IMG/VR virus record: IMGVR_UViG_3300020463_000001
Location: 128,001-192,000 of that record
Direction: 5' to 3' (one strand)
Origin: a virus
Taxonomy: Duplodnaviria; Caudoviricetes
Length of the DNA: 64,000 bases
Made by a program: the position numbers and the translations under genes. Positions 28,735 through 38,459 of the stretch are shown piece by piece. Every line of letters starts with the position of its first letter. Position 1 is the first letter of the stretch. The notes under the pieces are model-generated. The model did not search any database and was not told the DNA's origin. It was given only the letters and a program-made list of their open reading frames with translations.

Positions 28735-29419
28735 TGAAGATACTCAAACTATACTAAGGAACTTTTCGGGTATTAACCCTTCAATTTTATTGACTGGTAA
28801 TAATCGAATTGCCACAATGTCAGTAATGCGAAACATTCTCGCAACTGCTGATATCGAAGAAGAGTTTCCAGAAGAATTTGGCATCTATGATTTGCCTCGG
28901 TTCTTGGGAAACCTTGCGGTATATCCTGAGTTGAACTTTGGTGACACTTCTGTAATTATGGCAGATGGGTCTAAGACCTACAAGTTCATGGCTGCGGAAC
29001 CAAGTGCGATTATCCATCCTACAACTATGTTTGCGATGGAAGGATCTAGGAACAACCCTGAGAACGTGAAGGCGACTCCTGAGTATGATATCAATGTCAC
29101 TCTGCCCAGTTCTACTCTTGCGACAATCCAAAAAGTCGCTGCGATAAATTCTTTACCAGACTATGGATTGATCACCGAAGGTGGAGAGATATTCTTTACT
29201 GCGTTAGATAAGAAGTCTGATACAACTGATATCGCAAAAGAGCCAGTTGGGAGTAGCAATGTCAATTTCAAGATGTACTTCAAGTCTGAGAATCTTAAGT
29301 TGATTGAAGGCGATTATAATGTGAGTGTGTCTCGCAATGCGATATCTACTTTCAGACATCAGACTAGGCCCATTCAATACTGGATCACTCTGGAATCAGA
29401 TTCTCAGTATGATATTTAA
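28724..29419 (+). CDS. gp45: DNA polymerase sliding clamp
   Basis: LRNFSGINPSI, FGIYDL, NLKLIEGDY, YWITLE; 45-44-62-regA order. Confidence 0.95.
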   Translation: MMISEDTQTILRNFSGINPSILLTGNNRIATMSVMRNILATADIEEEFPEEFGIYDLPRFLGNLAVYPELNFGDTSVIMADGSKTYKFMAAEPSAIIHPTTMFAMEGSRNNPENVKATPEYDINVTLPSSTLATIQKVAAINSLPDYGLITEGGEIFFTALDKKSDTTDIAKEPVGSSNVNFKMYFKSENLKLIEGDYNVSVSRNAISTFRHQTRPIQYWITLESDSQYDI

Positions 29420-29430
29420 GGCGAAGTCTA

Positions 29431-30369
29431 TTGAAAGATTTATTATTATGGGTGGAGAAATATCGTCCACAAACAATTGATGACTGCATTCTCCCCGAAG
29501 AGTTGAAAGATACTTTTCGGGAGTTTGTGGCCAACAAAGAAATTCCAAACCTACTTCTTAGTGGTGCGCCAGGCGTCGGTAAAACGACTGTAGCGAAGAT
29601 ATTATGCAAAGAGGTAGGTTTGGATCACCTTATGATAAACGGGTCTGAGGATGGAAATATAGACACTCTTAGAACCAAAATAAGGCACTATGCGTCTACC
29701 GTGTCATTCTCTGGTGAAGGTAAGTGTGTGATTCTGGATGAGGCAGATTATCTCAATCCACAATCCACACAACCAGCCCTGCGTGGGTTCATCGAAGAGT
29801 TTGCGGGCAACTGTAGATTCATTCTTACTTGTAACTTCCGCAACCGAATTATCGATCCATTACATAGTCGATGTTCGGTAGTGGAGTTCAAGATTCCTAA
29901 ATCAGAGAAACCAAAACTCTCAGCTGGATTCTATGAAAGAATCAAAAACATTCTTGCAGAAGAAGGCATTGAATACAAACAGAAATCTCTGTTGGAACTT
30001 ATCAACAAGTACTATCCTGATTGGCGTAGAGTTCTGAATGAACTTCAACGATACTCTGTCGGCGGAGAGATAGATGAAGGGATTCTAGTTAATGTCAGTG
30101 AGTCTAGTCTTAAGAGATTAAGTAATACTCTCAAGGATAGAAAGTTCACCGATATGCGAAAGTGGGTTGTCGATAATCTTGACAACGATCCTTCAACAAT
30201 CTTCCGGACAGTCTATGACGGATTGTATTCTTATATGGAACCACAATCTATTCCACAGGCTGTGGTTACGATTGCTGATTATCAACACAAGTCCGCCTTT
30301 GTTGCGGATCAAGAAATCAACATGGTTGCGTGTTTGACTGAATTAATGGTCGAGTGCGATTGGAAATAA
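29431..30369 (+). CDS. gp44: clamp loader large subunit
   Basis: WVEKYRP, GAPGVGKTT, DEADYL, SRC. Confidence 0.97.
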   Translation: MKDLLLWVEKYRPQTIDDCILPEELKDTFREFVANKEIPNLLLSGAPGVGKTTVAKILCKEVGLDHLMINGSEDGNIDTLRTKIRHYASTVSFSGEGKCVILDEADYLNPQSTQPALRGFIEEFAGNCRFILTCNFRNRIIDPLHSRCSVVEFKIPKSEKPKLSAGFYERIKNILAEEGIEYKQKSLLELINKYYPDWRRVLNELQRYSVGGEIDEGILVNVSESSLKRLSNTLKDRKFTDMRKWVVDNLDNDPSTIFRTVYDGLYSYMEPQSIPQAVVTIADYQHKSAFVADQEINMVACLTELMVECDWK

Positions 30370-30370
30370 T

Positions 30371-30754
30371 ATGTATGATCTATTTAAAGATTATGTCCCA
30401 GCTTTGTCTCATACAAAAGAGAACCTTTTAGACAACGAGGATGAACTATGGGAGAAATCTTACCAACCATACTTGATAAATAAAACATTCTCATACTATA
30501 TGGACACTATCATGTATGCGAATGAGATGAATCAATATTCTATGATAGATAATAAACTTCAATTCGACTATTTACTAAATAGTGTAAGACCAAGGAAAAG
30601 ATTTTCTCCTTGGGCTAAAAAAGAAATCAACTCTGATATTGATTTGATTAAAGAATATTATGGGTACAGTAATAGAAAAGCTGAAGAAGCGATGTCCATT
30701 TTATCTAGTTCGCAGTTAGAATATATCAGAACTAAACTATACAAAGGCGGATAA
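30371..30754 (+). CDS. gp62: clamp loader small subunit
   Basis: YQPYLIN..SY..DT, VRPRKRFSPW, KEYYGYS. Confidence 0.93.
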   Translation: MYDLFKDYVPALSHTKENLLDNEDELWEKSYQPYLINKTFSYYMDTIMYANEMNQYSMIDNKLQFDYLLNSVRPRKRFSPWAKKEINSDIDLIKEYYGYSNRKAEEAMSILSSSQLEYIRTKLYKGG

Positions 30755-30755
30755 T

Positions 30756-31166
30756 GTGGATTTTCTGAACATAGAAGACTTAGTAGAGGTGACTCTAAAA
30801 GATCCGGAAGATTTTCTCAAAATACGAGAAACTCTGACACGGATTGGTGTGTCTTCAAAAAAGGAAAAGAAGCTTTATCAATCCTGCCACATTCTGCATA
30901 AACGTGGAAAATACTATATCGTCCACTTCAAAGAATTATTCAAATTAGATGGAAAACCATCAGACTTTTCTGACAATGACAGAGCAAGAAGAAACGCTAT
31001 TGTCAATTTATTAGAAGAGTGGAAGTTAGTTGATGTTCCAGTGAAAGATGTTATGGATCCTGCCCCATTGTCTCAAATAAAAATCATTTCGCATAGAGAT
31101 AAATCTGAATGGGAACTGGTGCCCAAGTATAATATCGGCAGAAAGACTAAACCAGTTGACAAGTAA
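30756..31166 (+). CDS. regA: translational repressor RegA
   Basis: FLKIRETLTRIG, LYQSCHILHKRGKYYIVHFKELF, PKYNIG. Confidence 0.97.
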   Translation: MDFLNIEDLVEVTLKDPEDFLKIRETLTRIGVSSKKEKKLYQSCHILHKRGKYYIVHFKELFKLDGKPSDFSDNDRARRNAIVNLLEEWKLVDVPVKDVMDPAPLSQIKIISHRDKSEWELVPKYNIGRKTKPVDK

Positions 31167-31194
31167 GAAATAAACCTGTATAGTGTTATAAATA
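31156..31194 (+). promoter_or_regulatory. tandem sigma70-type and late promoters for hsp20
   Basis: TTGACA-N17-TATAGT (31156-31184) then TATAAATA (31187-31194). Confidence 0.75.
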
Positions 31195-31281
31195 TAAATG
31201 AGGATTGCGTAAAGAGTCCTCACTTAGTCTTGCGACAATGGTCGGAGACAATATATAACTCGCTTATACAAGGAGATAACA

Positions 31282-31728
31282 ATGGTTACAATGAGAACCT
31301 TAGCTGAGTTCGATCCATTTTTGAAGAGAACTATCGGATTTGATAGTTTGTTTAGAACATTAGATTCTATGACCGAAGGAACTCAGGACAACTATCCGCC
31401 CTATAACATCGTCAAGAACGATAAATTATATCGAATAGAAATTTCGGTATCAGGCTTTTCGGAAGAAGATCTTTCTGTAGTACATGAAAATTATGTACTT
31501 ACTGTATCTGGTTCAAAGACAACACAAGAACCCGAGCAAGAGTATCTTCATAAAGGAATTGCATCTAGAGACTTCGTTAAGAAGTTTACTCTATCTAAAG
31601 ATCTAGTTGTTGTGGATGCCACAATTAACGACGGCCTTTTGGTAGTCACTCTAGAATTGGTTGTTCCAGAAGAGAAAAAACCAAGAGTTATTGACATAAC
31701 AAGTTCCCCTAAATTACTGGTGGACTAA
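31282..31728 (+). CDS. hsp20: small heat-shock protein (Hsp20/IbpA-like)
   Basis: NYPPYNI, YLHKGIASRDF, DGLLVV, PEEKKPRVI. Confidence 0.95.
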   Translation: MVTMRTLAEFDPFLKRTIGFDSLFRTLDSMTEGTQDNYPPYNIVKNDKLYRIEISVSGFSEEDLSVVHENYVLTVSGSKTTQEPEQEYLHKGIASRDFVKKFTLSKDLVVVDATINDGLLVVTLELVVPEEKKPRVIDITSSPKLLVD

Positions 31729-31739
31729 ATAATTGTAGT

Positions 31740-31758
31740 GGGGGTACTCTGTACCCCC
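31740..31758 (+). terminator. GC-rich stem-loop after hsp20 (possible terminator)
   Basis: GGGGGTAC-TCT-GTACCCCC; weak T-tail. Confidence 0.5.
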
Positions 31759-31781
31759 TCTATAATTTACCGGAGACTACA

Positions 31782-31964
31782 ATGGAAACGCATGAACAAC
31801 TTATCGTTTTATTAGAACAATACAAATTTGAGAATGAGAAGTTTGCGAGAGGAAATAAATCTGCTGGCGTTAGAGCTCGTAAGGCACTCATGGAAATAAT
31901 CAAGGCTTCAAAGGTTCGTAGATCAGAGATTCAAGAAGAAAAGGAATGGATAGTCAAGAAGTAA
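31782..31964 (+). CDS. histone H1-like (Hc1-family) small basic protein
   Basis: F.RGNKSAGVRARKALMEI matches the Hc1 GNKAAGxRARK pattern. Confidence 0.7.
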   Translation: METHEQLIVLLEQYKFENEKFARGNKSAGVRARKALMEIIKASKVRRSEIQEEKEWIVKK

Positions 31965-32308
31965 AGTATGATGTTCATCTAAGAAAAGATGAAGAAACTG
32001 GAGAACCGATTCTATACAGAACTAAAAATAGATCGAATTCGTTTGGTGATGTGAGAATGACTCCAGCACTTCCCAATCAAAGAATTATAGAACTGATTTG
32101 TAACAATAAAAAACTGATGCAAGAACAGCCTCAGGTTGTACAAAGAGTTCTCAACATGGAGTGGCGGTATATCGAAAGAAGAATCGTCCGATGGTTAGGT
32201 AATGTTCCCGAAGCACTAGAGTTAAAGGAACTGCTAAGAAACCACATTAAAAGTGAAAAAAAATGGTATCGTGAAAAGGGAAAAGATTATGAAATTCAAC
32301 TACGTTAA
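31946..32308 (+). CDS. hypothetical protein
   Basis: ORF tiles with neighbours; no motif recognised. Confidence 0.5.
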   Translation: MDSQEVKYDVHLRKDEETGEPILYRTKNRSNSFGDVRMTPALPNQRIIELICNNKKLMQEQPQVVQRVLNMEWRYIERRIVRWLGNVPEALELKELLRNHIKSEKKWYREKGKDYEIQLR

Positions 32309-32555
32309 CAGTCCATTAACTGCTGCATTGATACGAAAGTACGAATACGAAAGAGATCAGGCAATCGCCAATCTTAATGTATACTTTACAAATCCAGCAG
32401 GAATTGGTGAACATGGAGACATAGTTTCGCAGATGGATGCACAGATAAATAAATTGGCGGTGGCAGAAGGAAATCTCAAAACATTTATATCAACTTTTGT
32501 TAATATTCCTCAGCAAGCACCGCCTGGCGCACCCGAAGAAACCGAAGAGTCCTAA
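32289..32555 (+). CDS. conserved hypothetical protein
   Basis: NPAGIGEHGDIV motif; start moved to ATG 32289. Confidence 0.6.
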   Translation: MKFNYVNSPLTAALIRKYEYERDQAIANLNVYFTNPAGIGEHGDIVSQMDAQINKLAVAEGNLKTFISTFVNIPQQAPPGAPEETEES

Positions 32556-32929
32556 TGTCTATAAATGATATAAAAGTTATTCGCCTGATCTCAGGTGAAG
32601 AACTAATGGGAGAAATAACTGAGGATGGAGAGGATACATACAGAATTAAAAATGTATGTCAAATCGCAAGTTCTTATGCGGATCCAACATCTGCGACTGC
32701 AAGAATTGGTATCGCACCATTTCTTCCATATACTAAAGTCAAGGACGGACTCACTCTTAACAAATTTTATGTAGGATTTGTTATTGAGCCGGTTAATGAA
32801 CTACTGAGTGAATATAACAAAGTCTTTGGAAGTGGTATTGTATTGCCGCCTGAAGGTACGCAGTCTATTAAGTCTACTACCGCAAATGCAGCAACATCCT
32901 CTTCCAATTCTGCGTTTGTTAAATTATGA
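32555..32929 (+). CDS. Sm-like conserved T4-like protein upstream of DNA polymerase
   Basis: IKVIRLISGEELMGEI, APFLPY. Confidence 0.65.
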   Translation: MSINDIKVIRLISGEELMGEITEDGEDTYRIKNVCQIASSYADPTSATARIGIAPFLPYTKVKDGLTLNKFYVGFVIEPVNELLSEYNKVFGSGIVLPPEGTQSIKSTTANAATSSSNSAFVKL

Positions 32930-32941
32930 TTCGGAGATTGA

Positions 32942-35437
32942 ATGAGATTTTACACTAATGTTCAGTGTGTAAAAAACAAAATCTTTCTCAGAGAAATTGA
33001 TGGAAATAAACGTCGAGAAGTCAAGATAGACTACTCGCCGTCTCTGTTTATATCTGGAAAGAAAGATTCTTTATACAAAACTCTAGACGGAAAACCTCTA
33101 GATAGAGTCCAGTTTGGTTCTATCGCAGAGGCCAGAGAATTCAAAGAGAAGTATAAAGACATAGATAATATGAAGGTATATGGCCATGACCAATATCTTT
33201 ATCCGTTCATTTCTGATGAATATCCTTCCAATATTGAGTATGATTTCTCTAAACTCAACATCTGCAATATCGATATTGAGGTAGAATGCGAAACTGGATT
33301 CCCAGAACCAACCGAAGCAATAGAAAGAGTTAACGCCATCACTATGAAGATGGGCGGATTCTATGTTGTTCTTGGTCTTGGTGACTGGGAAAATAAAGAC
33401 AATCTTCCCAGAATAAAGTACATGAAGTTCAAGGATGAGCACAGTCTTCTCCGCAATTTCTTACAAATTTGGGAAAGTTCTAAGATTGATATTGTGACTG
33501 GTTGGAATGTAAACCAGTTTGATATGACTTATCTTGTCAACAGAATTGAAAAACTCTTTGGCGAAAAAGAAGTCAGAAGAATGTCTCCTTGGGGAATGTA
33601 TTCTAGGATAGAAAAAGTTTTGTTCGGTAGAACACAAACTCAAGTCAAACTACCTGGCCTCGCCATTATAGACTATCTAGATTTATACAAGAAGTTTACT
33701 TATGTGAACCGTGAAAGTTATTCTCTGGACTTTATTGCCCATGTCGAACTTGGCGAAAGAAAATTAGATCACTCAGAATTTGAGCAGATGCATCTGTTCT
33801 ATAAATTAGACTACCAGAAGTATATCGATTATAATATCAAAGATGTAGAGTTGGTTGATAAACTTGAGGATAAACTGAAGTTGATGGAACTTCTAGTGAC
33901 TCTTGCTTATCAGTCTAAAGTTAATTTTGAAGATGTTTTCTCTCCTGTTAAGATATGGGATACAGTCGCGTTTGATGAACTAAAGAAAACTAAAACTGTA
34001 GTTCCCAATAAATCTAGAAATGAAAAATCTGAATCTTTCGAAGGGGCTTATGTAAAAGATCCAGTTGTTGGGCTGCATAAGTGGGTAGTATCATTTGACT
34101 TAAATAGTCTATATCCTCATCTAATCATGCAGTATAATATCAGTCCAGAAACATTGATAGAAGGAGAAATTATACCAACTTCCATCGATGAATTGTTAGA
34201 AAAGAAGACAGATCTATCTGGACTAAAAGATGAAACTGTCTGCCCTACTGGTCATATGTTTTTAAAATCAAATAAAGGATTTCTTCCCAAACTGATGCAG
34301 AGGATGTATGATGATCGTGTCCAGTATAAGAAGGAGATGATACAGTGGAAACAAAAGAAACAATCAGGCCAAGGTGATCCTGTAGAGATAGATAAGAAAA
34401 TATCTCAATTAGATAATAAACAGATGGCCGCTAAGATTCTTCTTAATTCCGCTTATGGTGCGTTGGGAAATCAGTGGTTTCGATATTATGATATTCGACA
34501 GGCAGAATCTATAACTACCGCTGGTAAGTTGTCTATCAAGTGGATTGAAAATAAGGTCAATGATTACTTTAATAAACTAATGGGCAATGAAGAACCGAAG
34601 AGTTATGTTATTGCGAGTGATACTGATTCAATCTATGTTGCCCTTGGTGATTTTGTGGAGAAAGTATTTAAGGAAGTTCCCGAAGATAGTAAAGTGGTAG
34701 ACTTTCTTGATACAGTCGCAAAGGATAAGATAGAACCTTATATCGATAAGTGTTATCAGGAACTTGCAGACTATATGAATGCATATGATCAGAAGATGTT
34801 TATGAAGCGAGAAGTGATTGCATCTAAGGGCATATGGACTGCAAAGAAGAGATACATTCTTAATGTTCACGATAACGAGGGAGTTAGATACAAGTCTCCG
34901 GAACTTAAGATTATGGGAATAGAGGCTGTCAGATCTTCGACACCACAGGCCTGCAGAGAAAAGATTAAAGAATCACTAAAGATCATCATGAACAGTTCGA
35001 ATGAAGATCTGATGAAGTTCATTATAGATTTTGAAAAAGAATTTAAAACATATCCGGTGCCGGATATATCGTTTCCGCGAGGAGTCAACGGAATAGAAAA
35101 ATATAAAGACTCAAAGGATGTATTTAAAAAGGGCACTCCTATTCATGTAAAGGGTGTTCTCTTTTATAACTTATTGATAGATCAATATAAATTGGGTAAT
35201 ATATATCAAAAGATAAAGAATGGAGATAAGATTAAATTTGCATATCTTAAAACTCCAAACCCAATACAAAATAATGCAATTGCGTTAATGTCTAGTTTGC
35301 CCAAAGAGTTCAATCTAGAAAACTATATTGATTATAACATACAATTTGAAAAATCGTTTTTAGAACCAATTAAAACAATCACAGATTCTATTGATTGGCA
35401 ATTGAAAAAACAATACACACTTGATGACTTTTTTTAG
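32942..35437 (+). CDS. gp43: family B DNA polymerase
   Basis: Exo DIEVE and GWN..FD; polymerase SFDLNSLYP, KILLNSAYG, ASDTDS. Confidence 0.99.
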   Translation: MRFYTNVQCVKNKIFLREIDGNKRREVKIDYSPSLFISGKKDSLYKTLDGKPLDRVQFGSIAEAREFKEKYKDIDNMKVYGHDQYLYPFISDEYPSNIEYDFSKLNICNIDIEVECETGFPEPTEAIERVNAITMKMGGFYVVLGLGDWENKDNLPRIKYMKFKDEHSLLRNFLQIWESSKIDIVTGWNVNQFDMTYLVNRIEKLFGEKEVRRMSPWGMYSRIEKVLFGRTQTQVKLPGLAIIDYLDLYKKFTYVNRESYSLDFIAHVELGERKLDHSEFEQMHLFYKLDYQKYIDYNIKDVELVDKLEDKLKLMELLVTLAYQSKVNFEDVFSPVKIWDTVAFDELKKTKTVVPNKSRNEKSESFEGAYVKDPVVGLHKWVVSFDLNSLYPHLIMQYNISPETLIEGEIIPTSIDELLEKKTDLSGLKDETVCPTGHMFLKSNKGFLPKLMQRMYDDRVQYKKEMIQWKQKKQSGQGDPVEIDKKISQLDNKQMAAKILLNSAYGALGNQWFRYYDIRQAESITTAGKLSIKWIENKVNDYFNKLMGNEEPKSYVIASDTDSIYVALGDFVEKVFKEVPEDSKVVDFLDTVAKDKIEPYIDKCYQELADYMNAYDQKMFMKREVIASKGIWTAKKRYILNVHDNEGVRYKSPELKIMGIEAVRSSTPQACREKIKESLKIIMNSSNEDLMKFIIDFEKEFKTYPVPDISFPRGVNGIEKYKDSKDVFKKGTPIHVKGVLFYNLLIDQYKLGNIYQKIKNGDKIKFAYLKTPNPIQNNAIALMSSLPKEFNLENYIDYNIQFEKSFLEPIKTITDSIDWQLKKQYTLDDFF

Positions 35438-35446
35438 GAGATTAAT

Positions 35447-36484
35447 ATGTCAAAATTGATGGATAAGTTGAGAACTAACACAACTATCAAAGCAGCACAA
35501 CTGCTTAAAGATTCTGATTTTATGAATAATGAAATGGTTCCTACCGACATCCCTGCAGTTAATATTGCGTTATCAGGGACTATCTGTGGTGGATTGACAT
35601 CTGGACTGACTACAATTGCAGGGCCATCTAAACACTTTAAGACTGCATTTGGTTTATTGATGATGAAGGCATATCTGCAGTCAAAACCAAATGCGATTGC
35701 GTTATTCTATGACTCAGAGTTTGGTACTCCCCAGAAATACTTTGAGACATTTGACATCGATATGTCCAGAGTATTACATTCACCGATTATGGATGTAGAA
35801 CAATTAAAGATTGATATCGTCAAGCAGTTGGATCAATTGGAAAAAGAAGATGAAGTCTATATTTTTGTAGATTCTATTGGTAATCTTGCGTCACACAAAG
35901 AAGTCCAAGATGCTCTGGATGGAAAGATGGTTGGTGATATGACTAGAGCAAAATCTATCAAGTCATTATTCCGATCAGTTACTCCATATCTGAAGTCAAA
36001 GAATATTCCGATGGTTGTTGTGAATCACACATATGACTCTCAGGAAATGTTCTCCAAGCCAGTAGTGTCTGGGGGAACTGGTATCTACTACTCTTCTGAT
36101 ACAATCTGGATCGTCGGTAGGAGACAACAGAAAGAAGGTTCTGATGTCACTGGATATCAGTTTGTCATTAATGTAGAGAAGTCTAGATACGTCAAGGAGA
36201 AGTCTAAGATCCCTGTCAGCGTCAGTTTTGACGGCGGTATTGATAAGTGGTCGGGTCTTCTTGATATGGCCTTAGACGCCGGTGTAATAAGTCGTAGTGG
36301 TGCTTGGTATCAGTTGACGGATCTGGAAACTGGAGAGATCATAGAGAAGAAGTATCGTGCAAAAGAACTTGTAGGAAATGACCTGTGGAATCCTATCTTG
36401 AAGAGCGAATCTTTTAAGAATTATGTGAAAGAAAAATATATGTTAGTCACCGATTCTATTATGGAAGAAGAAATTGAGGCATAA
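35447..36484 (+). CDS. uvsX: RecA-like recombinase UvsX
   Basis: GPSKHFKT, YDSEFG, DSIGNLAS, VVSGGTG. Confidence 0.97.
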   Translation: MSKLMDKLRTNTTIKAAQLLKDSDFMNNEMVPTDIPAVNIALSGTICGGLTSGLTTIAGPSKHFKTAFGLLMMKAYLQSKPNAIALFYDSEFGTPQKYFETFDIDMSRVLHSPIMDVEQLKIDIVKQLDQLEKEDEVYIFVDSIGNLASHKEVQDALDGKMVGDMTRAKSIKSLFRSVTPYLKSKNIPMVVVNHTYDSQEMFSKPVVSGGTGIYYSSDTIWIVGRRQQKEGSDVTGYQFVINVEKSRYVKEKSKIPVSVSFDGGIDKWSGLLDMALDAGVISRSGAWYQLTDLETGEIIEKKYRAKELVGNDLWNPILKSESFKNYVKEKYMLVTDSIMEEEIEA

Positions 36485-36804
36485 TGGCATTCTTCGCATC
36501 TGCGTTCATTTACAAAGAAAGGCTGTCTATATGTAAGACTTGTGAGTATTACATAAAGTCGGCTCATATGTGTAAAGAATGTGGGTGTTTCATGCCCGCA
36601 AAGGCAAAGATTGCGAAACTTAGATGTCCAAAAGATAAATGGGTTGAAGTCTACGGAACTGAAGAACGAGAACCGGAGACACTCTTATCGGAAGAACAAG
36701 CTATAATGACGGAAGAACGAAAAAAAGAAAAAATAGAAAATACTATAGTTTCTTTAGAAAGAGAGATAATTAAATTAAAGGATGAGTTAAATGGAAATAA
36801 ATGA
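36484..36804 (+). CDS. Cys-rich small protein (metal-binding) with C-terminal coiled coil
   Basis: CKTC...CKECGC...CPKDKW. Confidence 0.6.
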   Translation: MAFFASAFIYKERLSICKTCEYYIKSAHMCKECGCFMPAKAKIAKLRCPKDKWVEVYGTEEREPETLLSEEQAIMTEERKKEKIENTIVSLEREIIKLKDELNGNK

Positions 36805-37120
36805 AAACTTTTTTACCGTAATGGAATCTGATCAAGAAGACCATTTTGCATTTAGGATCGATGAAGGTGATTATAAAGATGTTATCTTCAAGATAGGTAA
36901 TGTAAAATTAGAAGAAGATGGCGACGAATCAGGAGCCGCCTGTACCTTCGATTATAATGCATTGCGTCCAAATGAAACGTATACAATAGAAGAACTTGAC
37001 AAAGATATCATATTTGGTACAATAGTAGGTGAAGTTTTAAATTTTATGTTGACAACTTCAATACAGGACGCCATGAATGGAATTAACGGAACTCACAATA
37101 CTGCAGAACTTAGTCAATAG
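36791..37120 (+). CDS. hypothetical protein at the gp40 position
   Basis: Acidic ORF between uvsX and gp41; assignment is positional only. Confidence 0.5.
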   Translation: MEINENFFTVMESDQEDHFAFRIDEGDYKDVIFKIGNVKLEEDGDESGAACTFDYNALRPNETYTIEELDKDIIFGTIVGEVLNFMLTTSIQDAMNGINGTHNTAELSQ

Positions 37121-38459
37121 AGAAGATTACTCTAGAAAAGTAATTCCCTTTATTGAGACTGAATATTTCTCCGAAGAAAGAGACAGAGAAATATTTAAAA
37201 TGGTTTATAACCATATAGAAAAATATAATGCCCTGCCGGAAAAAACAAGTCTTCGAATAACACTAGAAGATCTTAATCTGTACGATGCCCTCCACAAAGA
37301 GTGTATCGAAACTATCGGTGTTATTGAAGAATATGATTCGAATATAAATATAGATTGGTTGGTTGATGTCACAGAGAAGTGGTGTCAAGACCGAGCAATA
37401 TATAATGCTATATTTAAATCTATTAAGATTATTGAAGATGATAATACTAAAGAAGATCCCGGCTCCCTACCAAAGATATTACAAGATGCTCTCGCCGTAT
37501 CTTTTGATAACCATGTTGGTCATGATTTTATTGATGACTCGGAAGAGCGTTTTGAATTCTATCAGAGGGTAGAAGAGAAACTTCCTTTCCATCTTGAGAA
37601 ATTCAATGAGATAACCAAAGGTGGATTATCCAAGAAAACTCTCAACATTGCGTTGGCTGGTACTGGTGTGGGTAAGTCTCTCTTTATGTGCGATTCTGCG
37701 TCTGCACAACTCTCTCAGGGAAAGAATGTTTTATATATTACCTTAGAGATGTCTGAAGAAAAGATCGCTGAGAGGATAGATGCGAACCTTCTGAACGTCC
37801 CTATTCAACAAATACCAGAGATGAGTAAAGATATGTTTGAGAATAAAATCAAACGTATTGAAAAGAAAACATCTGGCAAAATGGTTATTAAAGAATATCC
37901 TACTGCATCTGCAAACGCAAATCATTTCCGACATCTTCTTAATGAACTCCAAATGAAGAAGAACTTTTATCCGGATATAGTCTTTATTGACTATCTAAAT
38001 ATTTGTAGTTCTGCGAGAATCCGCGGCGGTGCAAATGTTAATTCATATACCTACATCAAATCTATTGCGGAAGAACTCAGAGGATTGGCTGTAGAGTTTA
38101 ATGTCCCGATAGTGAGTGCAACACAGACAACTAGATCTGGTTTCACTAGTTCAGATATTGGACTAGAAGATACTTCAGAGAGTTTTGGTCTGCCTGCGAC
38201 TGCTGACTTTATGTTTGCGATTATATCTACAGAAGAACTGGAAGATATGAATCAGATTCTAATTAAACAATTGAAGAATCGATATAATGATCCGAATATG
38301 AACAAACGATTTGTGGTTGGAATTGACAGATCTAAAATGAGATTATATGATGTGGAAGAATCTGCCCAATCTGATTTGATTGAAGCACCATATGAAGATA
38401 CGACAAATTTTACAAAGAATACTAAATCTAAATTTGGTAAAGTAGAGGTTACATTATGA
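37077..38459 (+). CDS. gp41: replicative DNA helicase
   Basis: AGTGVGKS, ITLEMSE, IDYLNIC, SATQTTR, SESFGLPATADF. Confidence 0.98.
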   Translation: MELTELTILQNLVNREDYSRKVIPFIETEYFSEERDREIFKMVYNHIEKYNALPEKTSLRITLEDLNLYDALHKECIETIGVIEEYDSNINIDWLVDVTEKWCQDRAIYNAIFKSIKIIEDDNTKEDPGSLPKILQDALAVSFDNHVGHDFIDDSEERFEFYQRVEEKLPFHLEKFNEITKGGLSKKTLNIALAGTGVGKSLFMCDSASAQLSQGKNVLYITLEMSEEKIAERIDANLLNVPIQQIPEMSKDMFENKIKRIEKKTSGKMVIKEYPTASANANHFRHLLNELQMKKNFYPDIVFIDYLNICSSARIRGGANVNSYTYIKSIAEELRGLAVEFNVPIVSATQTTRSGFTSSDIGLEDTSESFGLPATADFMFAIISTEELEDMNQILIKQLKNRYNDPNMNKRFVVGIDRSKMRLYDVEESAQSDLIEAPYEDTTNFTKNTKSKFGKVEVTL

